Shown: positions 12,037 through 25,614 of the stretch, in pieces
Layout: each line of letters opens with the position of its first letter
Position numbering within the stretch: the first letter of the stretch is position 1
NCBI GenBank assembly: GCA_964016885.1
Contig: OZ024745.1
Span: 115,320,001 to 115,384,000, forward strand
Source: Eledone cirrhosa
Taxonomy: Eukaryota
Length of the DNA: 64,000 nucleotides
Direction of reading: 5' to 3'
Notes under the pieces: generated by a model
The model's database searches: none
What the model saw: the letters and a program-made list of their open reading frames with translations, nothing else
Told to the model about the DNA's origin: nothing
Program-made: the position numbers and the translations under genes

Positions 12037-14394
12037 CATATATATACACATATACACACATACATACACACACACATACATACATACATATACACATACA
12101 CATACATATACACATACATATATATATATGTATATATATGTATATAAATATTAAATTTAAAGTGTATTAGAGTGTTACGCTGTAACAAACCTTACATATC
12201 TATAATGAAACAACGTCATGAAGATCTATAAATTTATGCGTTAAAATAGAAATAAAAATATTTAAAAAACGTAGAATTTCTACCAGGTTTACACATTATT
12301 ATAATTCAGGTAAACATAACTAAATGACTGAAACTATAGCGTGCTAGGTTAAAACATCTTACGTCTATTTATTTAAGGTGTTTAAGGTTCTTTATGGCAC
12401 ACTTTGACTTATATCACACCGGAATTGATGAAATAAGTATTAGACGTGTACTGAGTTAGAGCCAGTATTTGTTGTCTTGTAGAAATGCTAAAAGCAATAT
12501 TCTAATTACTGACGTTTAAGAAATGTCTAACGGTTTTATCGAACTGTGCATCTTCTCTGCTCGGTTATTTTGTCTGTATGCACTTGTTGAGAGAAGATGG
12601 GCTGTTGGTAGATCTTGAAATCAAAAGTACACATAATTCTAGATATTTCAGTTTACTCAGCTGTCGATAATACCTCCATATCCTCTGAGAATATGACCTG
12701 GAATAGACTCTCTTATATGAAACTGAGGTAAGCAACGTCTCCTATGAGCTGCAGGAGACCGTGAAATCATTTCTTTGGAAGCATTTCAAATAGATTAATG
12801 ATAACCAAGACACATTGGAGGTGTTTACAATGGGAATAATCACACCGGAAGCCAAAAGAGATGTTGGTACTTGTCTGGAATCTTCTAAGCATGAAGATAA
12901 AAATATGAAAATAAGTAAAACAATAAGGATAATGAATATTCTAAGATATTCAATAGTTTAAATTTCTTGGATCTTTCGTGTTTTATATTCCATTTAACTT
13001 TGTTCAATCAATCTATAATGGTGTTTACGTGTCGCCACTTTTCGAGCCTAACCTCGACTTCAGACATATTTTCTAGCGGTTTTTAGTCGGAAAATCTTTA
13101 AATATTATTGCAACGACACATTAAAGAGATTTAGACATATAAACAGATGATTAGATTGTTAAAATCTTTGTAGTGCTAAAATCCCCCCAGTCACTGCTAC
13201 TATAATGTTTCCTGTTCCTCTGAACAAGAAAACTGTCTCTTACTTGATGAACTCTCTTCTCCCACGAACATCATTCTTTCTATCTCCGCTTAACAAACCC
13301 CATATAATCTAGGGCGGGTAAAATTCCCGGGGTTGGCTCTTTTTAATTGCTGATAATACTTTACCGGCGTCACTCGAATAAGGTAATTATTTAACCCATA
13401 AATGAGGCCCTAACAGGTACTATTACTTCGGACCAGAGCAGACCTAAGAGTGATAAAAACTAAGAGGTAACTCCACATTCCCCACAGCTCCTGAACTCCC
13501 GAACTGCAGCCTTGCCACTGGATATAGTTTAATGTCATACCCACGATATAAATCACCTCTAAAATCGTTCTGATCAGAATTGTAACCTACAATTTTCCCC
13601 CGACCACGTTTTCCTTTCAGACATCGATTACTGACTCTCAATCTGCAGATCATTTGCTTGTTATGGGTTAGTAGTGTATATTCAACTAACCTGCATCACT
13701 CCTGGGCTTTGCTACTGATTCTGATAACGAAAAGAAAAAGGAAACAACAACTCGTAGTTCACTTTCTAGGTACCATTTCCACAGTGATTAAAATAAGGAC
13801 CACTAATACATTGATTTCAATTAAGGTCAGAATGGGTTTTCAGAGTAATAAAGGAGAACAACCAGCAGTTAACGACATTATCATTCTTAATTATGATTAT
13901 TTATCGATCCTGGAAAGACAGCAAAGTTGACAACGGTGGGATTGGAATTCAGAAGGTAAAACAATACAAATTAATATCGATAATTAACTGATTCCGTCAA
14001 TTATCCCGCCCCCCTCCCCCGAGTGTTAATATATTGATTGTCAGATAGAGAAACAAAGCCTTACTGGTACTTTATGGACCCAGTCAAAGTTGATACGCTT
14101 GTACCATTGCTAGTATCAAACAGACTGCTTCAAGCAGTCTGTTTGATACTAGCAATGTAATTGTTGCTTATAGTATTTATAAAAAGCATCACATATCCTC
14201 CCACACATTTCCCGTAATATTTATTGCTTTGTGTAATGGACGTGTGTAAGAATAACGCCTACACGAGACTAACATATGAACGAGAAAACAAGAGTCAGAA
14301 TTTGTAAATGGTTCTATGTATCTTATCTATTTCTTTCTTCCTTTTGTTGTGTTTCTAAAAAAAAATAATCCATCGTTTGAATTTAGATATTAAT

Positions 14395-14570
14395 TGTTTT
14401 TACTTTTGGCACAAGGCCAGCATTTATCCCAGCGTATAACTGGTACTTTATTTTATCGACCTCGTAAGGATGAAAGGCAAAATTAACCTCGGCGGGATTT
14501 GGGCTCAAACCGTAAAGGGCCATAATTCTATGTTGCAAAGCTTGGCGTCCGACCCGATACAGCCAATCTT
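14395..14570 (-). mobile_element. Nin/Deu-core tRNA SINE
   Basis: Reverse complement of the SINE consensus (cgtaaggatgaaaggcaaa, cctcggcgggattt). Confidence 0.85.
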
Positions 14571-14779
14571 ACACGTTGAACTCTAGAAAAATGTTGCTAT
14601 TTTTACTCTTCCGTTCACAAATTATATTCACATGATACGTATTACCCGATGAATTTTTCTAAATTGTCACATACGTATTTGCTAATATAGCCAACAGCAC
14701 CAATAATTATAAGTATAAAGGGGAATTTATAATTTGGGTACAAAATTCGAAGTAATTTTGGAAGGGTAGCTACCCTGCA

Positions 14780-15540
14780 TAGCAGTACCTAATTATTGTT
14801 TTTCTGTTCCAAACAACTATTTCGGACCTGTGACATTTTGTTGGAAGTGTTCCCTTTGTATTCCTTGTGTTGATATTCATGAGGATATTCAATAGTAGGA
14901 ATATTATATATCTTTATCCGAGGGCTGTCTTTTCTACGGGTGGCATTTCATATTGTTCTCGAAACATCATGCCGTATTTGAAGGTAGTAGTTTCACAATT
15001 TTGGGTAGTTGCTGTTCACACGTGATAGCTTCTACAGAAATGCAATGTAATCGACATTTTTTTGGCCTCTTGGAACTTTAAAGACTTCACTATCTCGTTT
15101 GTTCGTTAAGTATTCCGCAGCTATTTTATGATCTTGGATTGCAAAAGTAGAGCCTGTAAAATGTGACGTAATAGCCACGACTTCAACAAAAGTTACACTT
15201 TAAGTATCCTCCTTAAGTTTAGGGGAAACATTATCTACACATAAAATTTTCTTCTTGGTAAGCAGAGTATTATCTTGACGTATGCTAATTTATCAGTTCT
15301 GGGGTTGCATTGCAGGCCATTGTGAAGTGAAAACATTTTGAAGAGTTTACTACCGGCCAGTAGATTGTTGTATTCATTTTTGCTGCCATTTCTTTAGCAA
15401 ATCCTGCATATATGACACCATTAAGACATTCAAAGTTTGCCTGTAGTGTTATTGAGTCTCTCCCTTCTCGTTTCTCAGATACAGTCAGTCGATATCACTT
15501 GTTCTGCGAAAGCTTCCAGCTGATCTCAGGATCTTTAATA
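14780..15540 (-). pseudogene. degenerate R4/Dong-like RLE LINE fragment
   Basis: Minus strand gives TSHFTGSTFAIQD and RHDV, parallel to SHFEGYAFAI and GHDV at 30.1-30.3 kb. Confidence 0.5.
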
Positions 15541-15747
15541 TCTATAGAGTGGATTTCTTCTAGAGGTTAGTCAAGTATATATATGTATGTATATGTGTGT
15601 ATATATATGTATATTTCTATTTATCTCTCTATATATATGTATATGTATATATTTGTATATATATGTAAATATGTATATAAGTATATATATGTAAATATGT
15701 ATATATGTATATATATGCATATATATATATATGCATATACATATATA

Positions 15748-15789
<42 letters not shown>

Positions 15790-15837
15790 CATATATATAT
15801 ATGTGTGAGTGTGTGTGTATTTTCTTATGTGGAGAGA

Positions 15838-16030
15838 GAGACCCCTTGTCTTCATTAAGATAACCCTCTAGGAGAAGGTCACTCTGATATAAAACCTGTA
15901 ACTTCGTTTGCATCCAATGATGTAAACCAGTTCTTCTTTTTGGCTAAATGCATTTGATGTCCAGAGAGTGGGATTAACCCCGTGCAAAGCCTTTCCTCAT
16001 TTAAAAAAGCTTGAAATACAGACATCACTT
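15838..16030 (+). repeat. dispersed retroposon-like repeat
   Basis: Shares tctaggagaagg, gatataaaacctgt, cagagagtggg and ctttcctcattt with 61000-61210. Confidence 0.6.
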
Positions 16031-16263
16031 GATATATGACATATTTTGCGATGCATGGTATTGCTGACCATAAGCAAGTAAGTACCTAACAGGACTAGGA
16101 AGCCACGTCCGTGATACTCATGCTTAAGTATCAAGCTATAGCATTACTTGAAATCGAGTTGCAGCCACCATATATATATATATATATCCTGATGTCCTCC
16201 AAAAGTAATGGTCGCATTTTGAAAGGGTACGTCAATGCTTATTTGTAAAACTGATATATATTG

Positions 16264-16328
16264 TATTTTGTCTGATGAAGGCATACCATAATTTAACTTA
16301 ATATCCTTGAAATATGTATAATGAAATA
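16264..16328 (+). ncRNA. type I HHR in a ~180-bp insert between (TA)n runs
   Basis: tattttgt-CTGATGA-agg..cctt-GAAA-tatgta-TA-atgaaata; related to the 9.7/11.9 kb motif. Confidence 0.7.
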
Positions 16329-16367
16329 AATATGGTTTTATAAATATAGTTTCCATTTGTTAATATC

Positions 16368-16399
<32 letters not shown>

Positions 16400-16403
<4 letters not shown>

Positions 16404-16754
16404 GTATAGTGATAGCTATGGTGCTTCCGTAGGCGGTATGCCAAAATTAGCACTCGATATTCATCAGAGTAGAGTGTAGATATTATAAAGAAAACGAAAA
16501 ATCAGTGATGCATCTGGACTTAGTTTATTTCGTGTTACAAATGTTTCGCCGGCATGTAGTTCGAGTCATGGTCCTTGTATGGATCTGGCTGATTCTATAC
16601 TTCTGCGGGTTCTTTCAGACACGTCTGTTATGTCCGGAGCAAATTTTATCACCATGACTCAAGGCCCATGACTCGAGCTACATGCCGGCGAAACATTTGT
16701 AACACGAAATAAACTAAGTCCAGATGCATCACTGACTTTTCGTTTTCTTGATGC

Positions 16755-16755
<1 letters not shown>
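16400..16755 (-). mobile_element. fold-back PLE end in (TA)n
   Basis: Inverted arms ~16488-16578 and 16660-16750; tail on the left. Confidence 0.75.
16531..16623 (-). ncRNA. HHR-like motif with 1-nt core insertion and long stem II
   Basis: cgtgt-CTGAAAGA-...-GAAA-ca tt tg-TA-acacg. Confidence 0.55.
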
Positions 16756-16839
<84 letters not shown>

Positions 16840-16875
16840 TATATATATATATATGTGTGTGTGTATATATATATA

Positions 16876-17248
16876 GGTATGAGGATTGGTGCTCTTCTAA
16901 ATGTTTTTAATTAAACATATTTTATATTGCCAAATATACTATACATATATTCATGTATACATCGCTATTTAAGAGCACCAATCCTAATACCTAATCTTTT
17001 CTGGACCGGCAATCGCTCTGATAATTACTGGAATTCTATAAGAATCCAGCTTCTATAATTTTCGGCAGAAGCAGGTGGTGCGTGGCTCTGATGATCGCCA
17101 ACCAGCGTGAAACAAACTGTTAGCTTCTCTCCCTTCTTTCGCCGAAAAGAAGTGATGGACATAGTCACTGCTTAAAACCGATAGCGTATGGTTTTCTAAA
17201 TGTTTTTAATTAAACATACGGTATATTGCCAAATATACTATACATGCA

Positions 17249-17253
<5 letters not shown>
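16876..17253 (+). mobile_element. retrozyme-like ~298-nt non-coding tandem unit with HHR
   Basis: Terminal redundancy (ctaaatgtttttaattaaacata..tattgccaaatatactataca near 16897 and 17195); no ORF; homologue at 54.26-54.70 kb. Confidence 0.65.
17084..17125 (+). ncRNA. type I hammerhead ribozyme motif
   Basis: ggct-CTGATGA-t cgc caacca gcg t-GAAA-ca aac tg-TT-agct (GUU site). Confidence 0.78.
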
Positions 17254-17331
<78 letters not shown>

Positions 17332-18042
17332 CCACACTAAATGCTATAATGAATGTTGACCCACAATATTTTCATATGTATCTGTATGTCTCTTGGATGA
17401 TAAGGAGGTCATATAAGTGTTCATTCAATAATAAATTGCTCCGAAGAATCCAAACCTCGGTTTGGAGGAAACAGTTGTAAGCATAAAAATGTTTTGAACA
17501 GTTCTTTGATTCTTATAATTCATATAACTACTCTGTAAATCATCTGATGTTTTTACATTGAGCTATTTAGCTTACTGGTAATAAGGTAGTAATATATTAC
17601 TGCCTACCACTATTTAGGGTTTATATAAAAATATATATAACTGCAAAAGGTTTTTGTATTTGCATAACCATAAATAGTATAATTAATACTATATATATAT
17701 ATATATATATATAGTTGTTATATAGTAAGGTGCATTATTGGTTGTGTAAAATGGTCCAATAACTTTATGTTAGCAATATTAAGTTCTCTACGCTTTTGTA
17801 TATCTCCAATTCCATTCAAGGGAACAGCTAGATGATGTAAAACGGAGTATAAGTATCAAAATGAAAATCCGAAGGCAAGGTAAAATTCCAATCATTTAAT
17901 CACGACTCATGTTTCAATAAGAGATAGATCGATTGTGAAGCCATGATCGATTATCACTGATTCCATCAGGAGAAAATGAATTGTCTTCAAATTCTTGATA
18001 TGAGGGAGAAAAATAACGATGTTCTCTCACAGAATTCAAAAA

Positions 18043-19620
18043 GATAGTTAATTTTCTAGATGTTACACTTAACCTCAATTCAGGACTCTTCCAACCTTAC
18101 CACAAACCCAACGAGATTTTAAACTATGTCAACGCAAAATCGAACCACCCTAGAATAGTCACTAACGGTATTACCAAAAGCGTCTCTAGTAGAATTTCAG
18201 GACTATCTTCCAATGAAGATACATTTAATAAGATCTCTAATTACTATAATAGCGCCCTGGAACGCGCGGGGCATAGCGAGGGAATCTCATTCAAACGTCC
18301 ATCAAATAGTAGAAGCAACATTGCCTGCGATAGCTTAGGCCTAAATAGTGACACTCTAGTTAACAGCAGGCTTGATACGAGGGAGAATTTATATAGACTT
18401 CATGTTGTATTGCCGCCTAGTCCCAATGCTGTTGGTACCAATAGAAACAACCACCCAAGTACTAACACGGGGTCAGAGCAACGTAATGCCAGCGGAAACT
18501 CTAATGGTAACCTTAATTGTGGGACTGTTAAAACTACCGTTGAACACAGTATGAAACGAGGGTCGAGTAAGGGAAATAGGGACAGGTGTAGCAGACGCAT
18601 AGTGGATACAACCCCGGCTATCGAGGGTAATCCCAATGGCCGCACGAGGGGTTCACCGCCCTGGAGACTTGGGACGATTCAGAACACAATCGTGACACCC
18701 CGGGACACCATTGGCCCACAGGCAATTTCCAGTTACAATAGACCAGTAACTACTAGGGAGACAGGTAATTCTAATATAGTTAGTAAGAATAAGAGGCATC
18801 GGACCAGAAAAGTCCTGTGGTATAATCTCCCTTACTCCACTGGCCTGACCACTAGTATAGCTAAGCTTTTCTTTGGGGCATTAGACAAATGCTTCCCTAG
18901 ATCGCACAGATATTATAAGATATTCAATAGGAATACCATCAAGCTGTCCTACTCCACAACTAGTAACATAGCTCAGAATATAGCTAAGATGAATTATAGT
19001 AGACTTAGGGCAGCCCAGGGGGAATTAGGCATGGCAGGAACAATGGCGGCTCTATTGAGGAACTGACTCATACACGTGAAGCGAGTCGGGTCTCCCCAAC
19101 CCCAGGGAATTTACCCATAGAGCAGACGGGAAACGAGACCCGACCCCCAAAGTTACCGTAGTCCATCTGTAACTACCCAGGTCGATAGCAAAAAATGTAA
19201 CTGCATAAGCACCGCCACCTGCCCCATGGCTAGGAAATGCCTTACCAAAAACATAGTCTACGACTGTAAGGTCTCCACTCCTGATAGAACCTTTAGGTAT
19301 GTTGGGGAAACTGCCACGGAATTTAAGGATAGATGGTATAATCACCGCCATATCTTTAATTGATTAGATAAAAAAATAGCACGGCACTTTCTGAATTAGC
19401 CTGGAAGCTTAAACACCAGAATATAGAGCACTCCTTATCCTGGTCTATAGTTTGCTCAGCCCAACCTTATAACGGCAGCACTGGCGTTTTCAATTTATGT
19501 ATAGCTGAAACTTTTAATATTATTAGAGGCGGCCCCCTATTAATTAATAGGAGAGCAGATTTTTTCAGCAACTGCCAACATAGATCCTCGAAAACCTTCC
19601 GCAGGATTTTTGGAAGGTAA
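18043..19620 (+). pseudogene. PLE RT thumb plus GIY-YIG endonuclease, disrupted
   Basis: IVNFLDVTLNL..YVNAKSNHP; RKVLWYNLPYS; IFNRNTIKLSYS; KCNCISTATCP..NIVYDCKV..YVGETATEFKDRWYNH; stops and frameshifts. Confidence 0.9.
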
Positions 19621-20201
19621 CCTACCACTAACTCCTCCCTCTTGACTTTAGCCATAGAGTTCTCTCAATAAACAGACAGTCACACACTCAGGTAGTTAGA
19701 CGGCTAAGATTGTTTGCGCACTTACAAACGATACTCGGCCTGTTTCCACGGGGTTCTCACAGCTGAGTGCACTTTTTTTTAGAATACCTAGCTAGTAAAT
19801 AGTTAGATTGATTACACACTTAGTATACCTAGTTAGTAATTGATTTCACACTCGGACATGACCAATTACGCACACCTACATTTACTTTAAGATACCATAA
19901 CCATTGAGTTCTCTCAGTTGGGATATAGCTAGTCATATTACACATTTAGTTAGGACCGATTACGCTCTCTATACATAACTCTACACACAGTACCCGTTTT
20001 CTTTAGGCATTGAGCTCCCACAATTACGACTGTCACGTTCCTACCGACTGAACACTACACTAGGTTTTGATCCGTGATCATCTAACCATGGAGGGACTCA
20101 CTGTTACGGATTGAACAATAATACTGACACACCATTAATGGGCCTACACACATCCTTTGGATTTTACTATCCTGTGCTTTTTTTTTTTACTTCAGCTTCT
20201 G

Positions 20202-20311
20202 ACAACTATCTTAAAAGCTCATCGGCCCATTCAAACATTCAAACAACTATCTTAAAAGCTCATCGGCCCATTCAAACATTCAAACAACTATCTTAAAAGC
20301 TCATCGGCCCA
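20202..20311. repeat. 41-bp tandem repeat, ~2.7 copies, in the PLE 3' UTR
   Basis: Unit acaactatcttaaaagctcatcggcccattcaaacattcaa. Confidence 0.9.
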
Positions 20312-21164
20312 TATGACGAGAAATCGCACTTACGGACGCATTTACCCAATATCCAACCCTACACGGAGCCCTTTGCTGGCCTACATTGCGGTTGCTTGCA
20401 CGCATGGATTTGGTGATCGGATTCTCAATGGGACAGCGGTACATACTGAGTTCGATATGAGCTGATTGCTTGCTCTTCACATGGATGTGTATATACCCGG
20501 ACATACCCTTTTTTGGAAGATTCGGATGTGTATATACCATAACGTACACTTGAAGATATGGATGTTACAATTCAATCTATACACGTATAGCAGAACACTG
20601 AACTGAACTGAACTTACTTGCGTGTGTGTGTGTGGGGGGGGGGGGGGCGTTGGTTAACCCAATATTTCCAATTTACATCGTCAAATTGAGATTTGACCAA
20701 TATAGCTTCTGTTGCTTTGTGAACTAACTTTCGGTGAGTGCTGTGTTGGTACATTTTTATATTTATTTATTTGTTTTCTTATATTTGTTTTTTTCTCGGA
20801 CATCGCTTCGGTGTGTGTGAAAGTGTGTGTGTACCCACTCACACTAACTCTACAGGTTTAATACTGTGTTGATGTGTGTATATATATGTATATATTTTTC
20901 TTTGACCTCGAGCCGGTGTATGTGGGTGTGGAATGTGTGTGTGTATCCACTCACATTAACTGTGACTGACTGTATCCCTACAGATTTGATTGATGTCCAG
21001 CGTCTTTTGCAGCGATAGAAATCTGAAAACTTTTATGACCTCAACTGAAGTTAATAGCAGTCGCCGTGTCTCTGACTGGTGTGTCTTCATATGAGGGAAT
21101 GAATTCTGTGAGAGAACATCGTTATTTTTCTCCCTCATATCAAGAATTTGAAGATAATTCATTT

Positions 21165-21238
21165 TCACCTGGTGAGATCAGTGATAATCGATCATGGCTT
21201 CACAATGGATCTATCTCTTATTGAAACATGTGTCGTGA
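21165..21238 (+). ncRNA. type I HHR in pLTR (one core mutation); mirror at ~17900-17972
   Basis: tcac-CTGgTGA-long stem II-GAAA-ca tg tg-TC-gtga; the mirror has CTGATGg, so the consensus is CTGATGA. Confidence 0.7.
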
Positions 21239-21281
21239 TTAAATGATTGGAATTTTACCTTGCCTTCGGATTTTCATTTTG

Positions 21282-21335
<54 letters not shown>

Positions 21336-21345
<10 letters not shown>

Positions 21346-22190
21346 GGTGTGGGTGTGTGTGTGTCCTAATTTTGGCAAAGTCTATACAAATCGACATTTC
21401 TACTCCGATAGACTTCAAACTTGCATTTATATATTCCTTGCGGTCTAAAGATATTAACTGCGGCTTTTATTTTTCAATTTTCTGTTGTTAAAGGCGTTTT
21501 TTTTTCACTAAAACTTTAAACCTTTTTTTCATTTATGCAATTTTGTCTACAATGTTCAAAAGAGACAACTCTTTAGTATTTTGAAAGAGTTACCTCTCTT
21601 TATAGACTATATTATCTCTATGTAAACGTACATCCCTTGAAATTGTTGATGGTGACCCCATTAGTAACTCTGAAGCGTTCGGCATCCGATATAACAGTTC
21701 GGTCTATATCAGATTGGGTAGATTTAGGAAGAGGCTATGGTCTCCTGTGGGGAAGGCCCAACATGCTGTGGGGAAGGCCCAACATGCTGTGTGGTTGCAT
21801 GACATGTCTTACTCAAACATTGCAGGCTTTACTCTGTACAGTATGCATGCAGGTGCAATAGACATAACTTATAATGTGTGTCTAGATGACTGGGTGCGAA
21901 TCTATAAAACTCGAAACGTACCTAACCGATTCTTTCCAAATGGAAGAAAAACCATACTCTAAGATTTAGTACGCTTAACGAATATCCAGCTGGTTTTCTT
22001 CAGATTTTGCAGATGCATGCAGATGTTTGACGATTCGGGCCTGTTGGTGTTCTACATTTCCAGTAGATGAACAATCATTCCCTGAGAATAAGGGAATTCA
22101 AAAAGTAAACAGCTACATTCCTCAATATTTGCATATGCGTGTTGCTATTTCACGTTTCCTACCCCGTGCAACGCCGGGTCCTGCTGCTAG
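21336..22190 (+). mobile_element. non-autonomous Helitron-like element
   Basis: Ends in GC hairpin cccgtgcaacgccggg followed 8 nt later by CTAG then T; starts in (TA)n/(GT)n. Confidence 0.55.
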
Positions 22191-22427
22191 TGTGACGAAT
22201 GTGTGACGAAAGAACTTTGACAATATATGAACAATCGTCTGGTTGTGGAACCAACCAACCAGAAATTTATAAATTCCTAAATTTATAAATTTAATTTATA
22301 ATAAATTGAAGTGAAAGCAACTGGTGCGTGTGTTTCTTTTTGGCAAAATGACCCTCCCAAAGTATAACAATATCGGTTTCAACACACGTTTTCAGATAAA
22401 GAATCTTGCTAAACAAATTCAGAAACG

Positions 22428-22430
<3 letters not shown>
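22191..22430 (+). mobile_element. truncated pLTR of PLE family C
   Basis: Matches 6845-7078; begins within HHR stem II and ends at (TA)n. Confidence 0.85.
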
Positions 22431-22468
<38 letters not shown>

Positions 22469-22635
22469 ACACATATATGTAAGAACGTATATAGACATAG
22501 GAACACAAATAATAATTGCATATGGCTATTTTTGTAAAAAGTCATGTATCCCAGACCAGATGTACGCACAAACATATACACACACACATACACCTACACA
22601 CGCACACACACCCACCCACCCACATACACACACAC

Positions 22636-22683
<48 letters not shown>

Positions 22684-22939
22684 GTTGTAACGTCCAGTTA
22701 CTGTCGGTTCAACAGAGTGAGCACTCGATGCGTAGTTTCCAGGAAGTATAGAGGTGTAGTACGTAAGCATTCTGTCATTACCACAACAGAAGTCCAACGA
22801 GCCAGAGTCGGGCCAGATGAATACAGATCGAAACTTGAGCTGATCAATAGCGAAACGCGCGTCACTACTCAATAAACGTAACGGAGACATAACAAATCGT
22901 TCTTTTTATTATTATCATTATTATAAAAATAAAATATTC

Positions 22940-23320
22940 CATCAGTATTGTCCAAATGATCCCCTTTAAAGTACACCCAAGGCTTGGGCCCCGTACTATC
23001 CGCCCACGACAAAAATCTCACTCGCATCTCATAACAACAATACGGCACAATTTCACCTCAGTTGGCCCCGCTCTCTTTAACATTGCATCAAAACACATTA
23101 AAACAGAAACAGACCCCATAAAGTACAAGATGTCTTTGGACACATTCCTTCAAGAAATCCCTGACAAACTTCCTACACCCGGATATGTCTCCGTAAACAA
23201 TAACTCTTTATTTGAGCCGGCTATGGTGTCCAAATCCTGATTTGGAAGACTTCGCCAGGTGGTGCTATTGGGTTAGACATGGCCTAGGCCAATACTGGCC
23301 GAAACCTATCAAAGTTTATC

Positions 23321-23325
<5 letters not shown>
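22940..23325 (+). mobile_element. 3' end of a CR1/L2-group LINE
   Basis: ORF 22956-23240 has GPALFN..YKMSLDTFLQEIPDKLPTPGY..NNSL, a typical ORF2 C-terminus, then a short 3' UTR. Confidence 0.65.
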
Positions 23326-23388
<63 letters not shown>

Positions 23389-23471
23389 AAAAGGTAAACA
23401 GAAATAACAACACAATCGGGACAGTATGGATGGGATATATTAGGTTAACATTTGATATAGCAGGAAGAGTG

Positions 23472-23507
23472 TCTTAACGTTTCGGAAGCTAGTCTTTCAT
23501 CAGAAGA
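23472..23507 (-). ncRNA. minimal (dimer-type) hammerhead motif
   Basis: tctt-CTGATGA-aag actag ctt cc-GAAA-cg-TT-aaga; stem III reduced to palindromic acgt. Confidence 0.6.
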
Positions 23508-24339
23508 AAGAATGAGAAATAACATAGATTGAGGGGACGGGCGGGATGGAATTGGAAAAAATGTCTTTGATAAAAATAACAGGTCCATTGATGTTGACAT
23601 CTCTTGCAAAACTGTTGGTGCTGGCGTTTCACTAACACTCATACACACACACACATACACATTCTATGTATATGTATGTATATGTACATATCTATATATA
23701 CATATATATATATACACATATATAAAGACGTGGATACATACGCACGAACATATATACACATATGCTGAATAATTTCTTGAATGAAATCTTAGTGAAAGTG
23801 TATTCTCTCTCTCACTCTTACACATGTAGAATCATGATTAAATAGAGCTTTCCATTAATGAAATCCTGGGAATATATCTTAAGGAAAGTGACGGACATGC
23901 TTATAATATGTTTTGGTAATATCGGTTGTTGTCTGTAGTTGGAACCGATCCTGATTAAAATTTAAAATTTTACGATTAGTTTGGATTAGTAAACACGCGT
24001 GTTTATTCATTTACTGCTGATAATACATCCACTTCCTTATTGACGTTAGGCCATTTAATATATTCTAGTTCGTTATTAAGGTGTTCAGTAAGTTAAATTT
24101 ATTTATTGCAGATTTTACTTATTTAGAATTTGTAGTTTTATTGCTCTATTTATAAAACTTACGGATTGTATGCACATGTTTTTATTTGCTGCGGGGTAGA
24201 GAGTCACTTCTTTAAATTAAACTGCCAACATTCAATTCTCATAGTTGCACATACACGTTATTATATGAGACGAAGTTTAGGTCGGCAGAAACATATGTTA
24301 GTTTGACAATGCATTGATTCTTTTGTGTTTTTAAAATTA

Positions 24340-24399
<60 letters not shown>

Positions 24400-24591
24400 C
24401 GTTTCTGAATTTGTTTTGAATGTGTGTTAAAACCGATATTGTTATACTTTGGGAGGGTCGTGTTGCCAATAAGAAACACACGCACCAGTTGCTTTCACTC
24501 CAATTTATTATAAATTAAATTTATAAATTTAAGAATTTATAAATTTCCGGTTGGTTGGTTGGTTCCACAACCAGACGATTGTTCATATATT

Positions 24592-24634
24592 GTCAAAGTT
24601 CTTTCGTCACACATTCTGTGACCTCTTCAGTGAC
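24592..24634 (-). ncRNA. type I HHR (family C, inverted pLTR)
   Basis: gtca-CTGAAGA-g gtcaca gaatg tgtgac-GAAA-g aa c-TT-tgac. Confidence 0.78.
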
Positions 24635-24659
24635 TGGGGATTCTTTTCTTTTTTTTTTA

Positions 24660-25400
24660 GAGAGACACATACAACACTTCATCCACCGTATGCAGTTCTC
24701 TGGTTACAACCAGAGAGATAAAATCAGAGTATATAGAGGAGCCAGAACCAAACGGGAAAAAATGGTAAATAATGATACAAATGGGACCTGCCCCTTGTAT
24801 AGGAGCAAATTTTGGAATAGAGTAGAAAGAACTAGGAATAAGGTTAATAGAATAAACTCATGGTATGATAGCAATAAATACCAGAGTCTAATGTTCATCA
24901 ATACAACCCCTAGAGGTAAATTAGCTTACAAATTTAGAAGGACCCTAGATAAACATAAAATCAATATTAAGATAGTAGAAAGACCAAGTACCTCCATAAA
25001 AACACTTGTTAGCAATACATACCCTTTTCAAAGACCTCCCTGTATAGATAAGAAATGTATAATCTGTAAACTAAGCCCCCATATTAACTGTAAAACTAGA
25101 AATGTAGTATATAGCATAAGATGTACTGAAGGACAATGTAGAGATAAGCATATAGTGTACATAGGTGAGGCAGCTCGTAGTATAGGAGAACGGATAAATG
25201 AACACTGGCGAGAGCTTCAAGATAGTAAAGAATCATCTGTACTCCACCAACATGTTAAAATAGAACATAAGGGTAAATTAGAGAACAGAAATAAAAATAG
25301 AATCACAGAAAAGACGCAATGTTTAGACAAATCACAGAGGCAATAAACATAAATGAACTCCAACCCAAATTAAATAGAAAACATGAATGGAGTAGCAACA
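24660..25400 (+). pseudogene. PLE linker, Cys-rich motif and GIY-YIG endonuclease
   Basis: RMQFSGY..PLYR..W; PCIDKKCIIC..NCKTRNVVYSIRC..YIGEAARSIGERINEH..LHQH. Confidence 0.9.
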
Positions 25401-25614
25401 TCACAACTTACAATTAAGGACAAAATGAAAACACACACACATAGAACAAACAACCAACCACTAACATGTAAATAAACAAATAAATAAACAAATATAAACA
25501 CACACAGACACCCGGATGTAACACATGCGCAAACTAAGCACACAACACACACAAAAACAAGATGGCGTAGGACAGAACCAAGGAGAGGCACAAAAACAAA
25601 GAAAAGAATCCCCA

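Larger units (their letters stand above)
17790..21284 (+). mobile_element. 5'-truncated Penelope-like element with inverted pLTR
   Basis: 17855-18037 is the inverted copy of 21100-21284; interior encodes RT C-terminus and GIY-YIG; (TA)n near or at both ends. Confidence 0.9.

Noticed and set aside
22778-22869. Possible HHR ending gaaa-cgcgcg-tc-actact
   Set aside because: The 3' half is convincing but the matching core reads ccaacga and stem I is weak; not called
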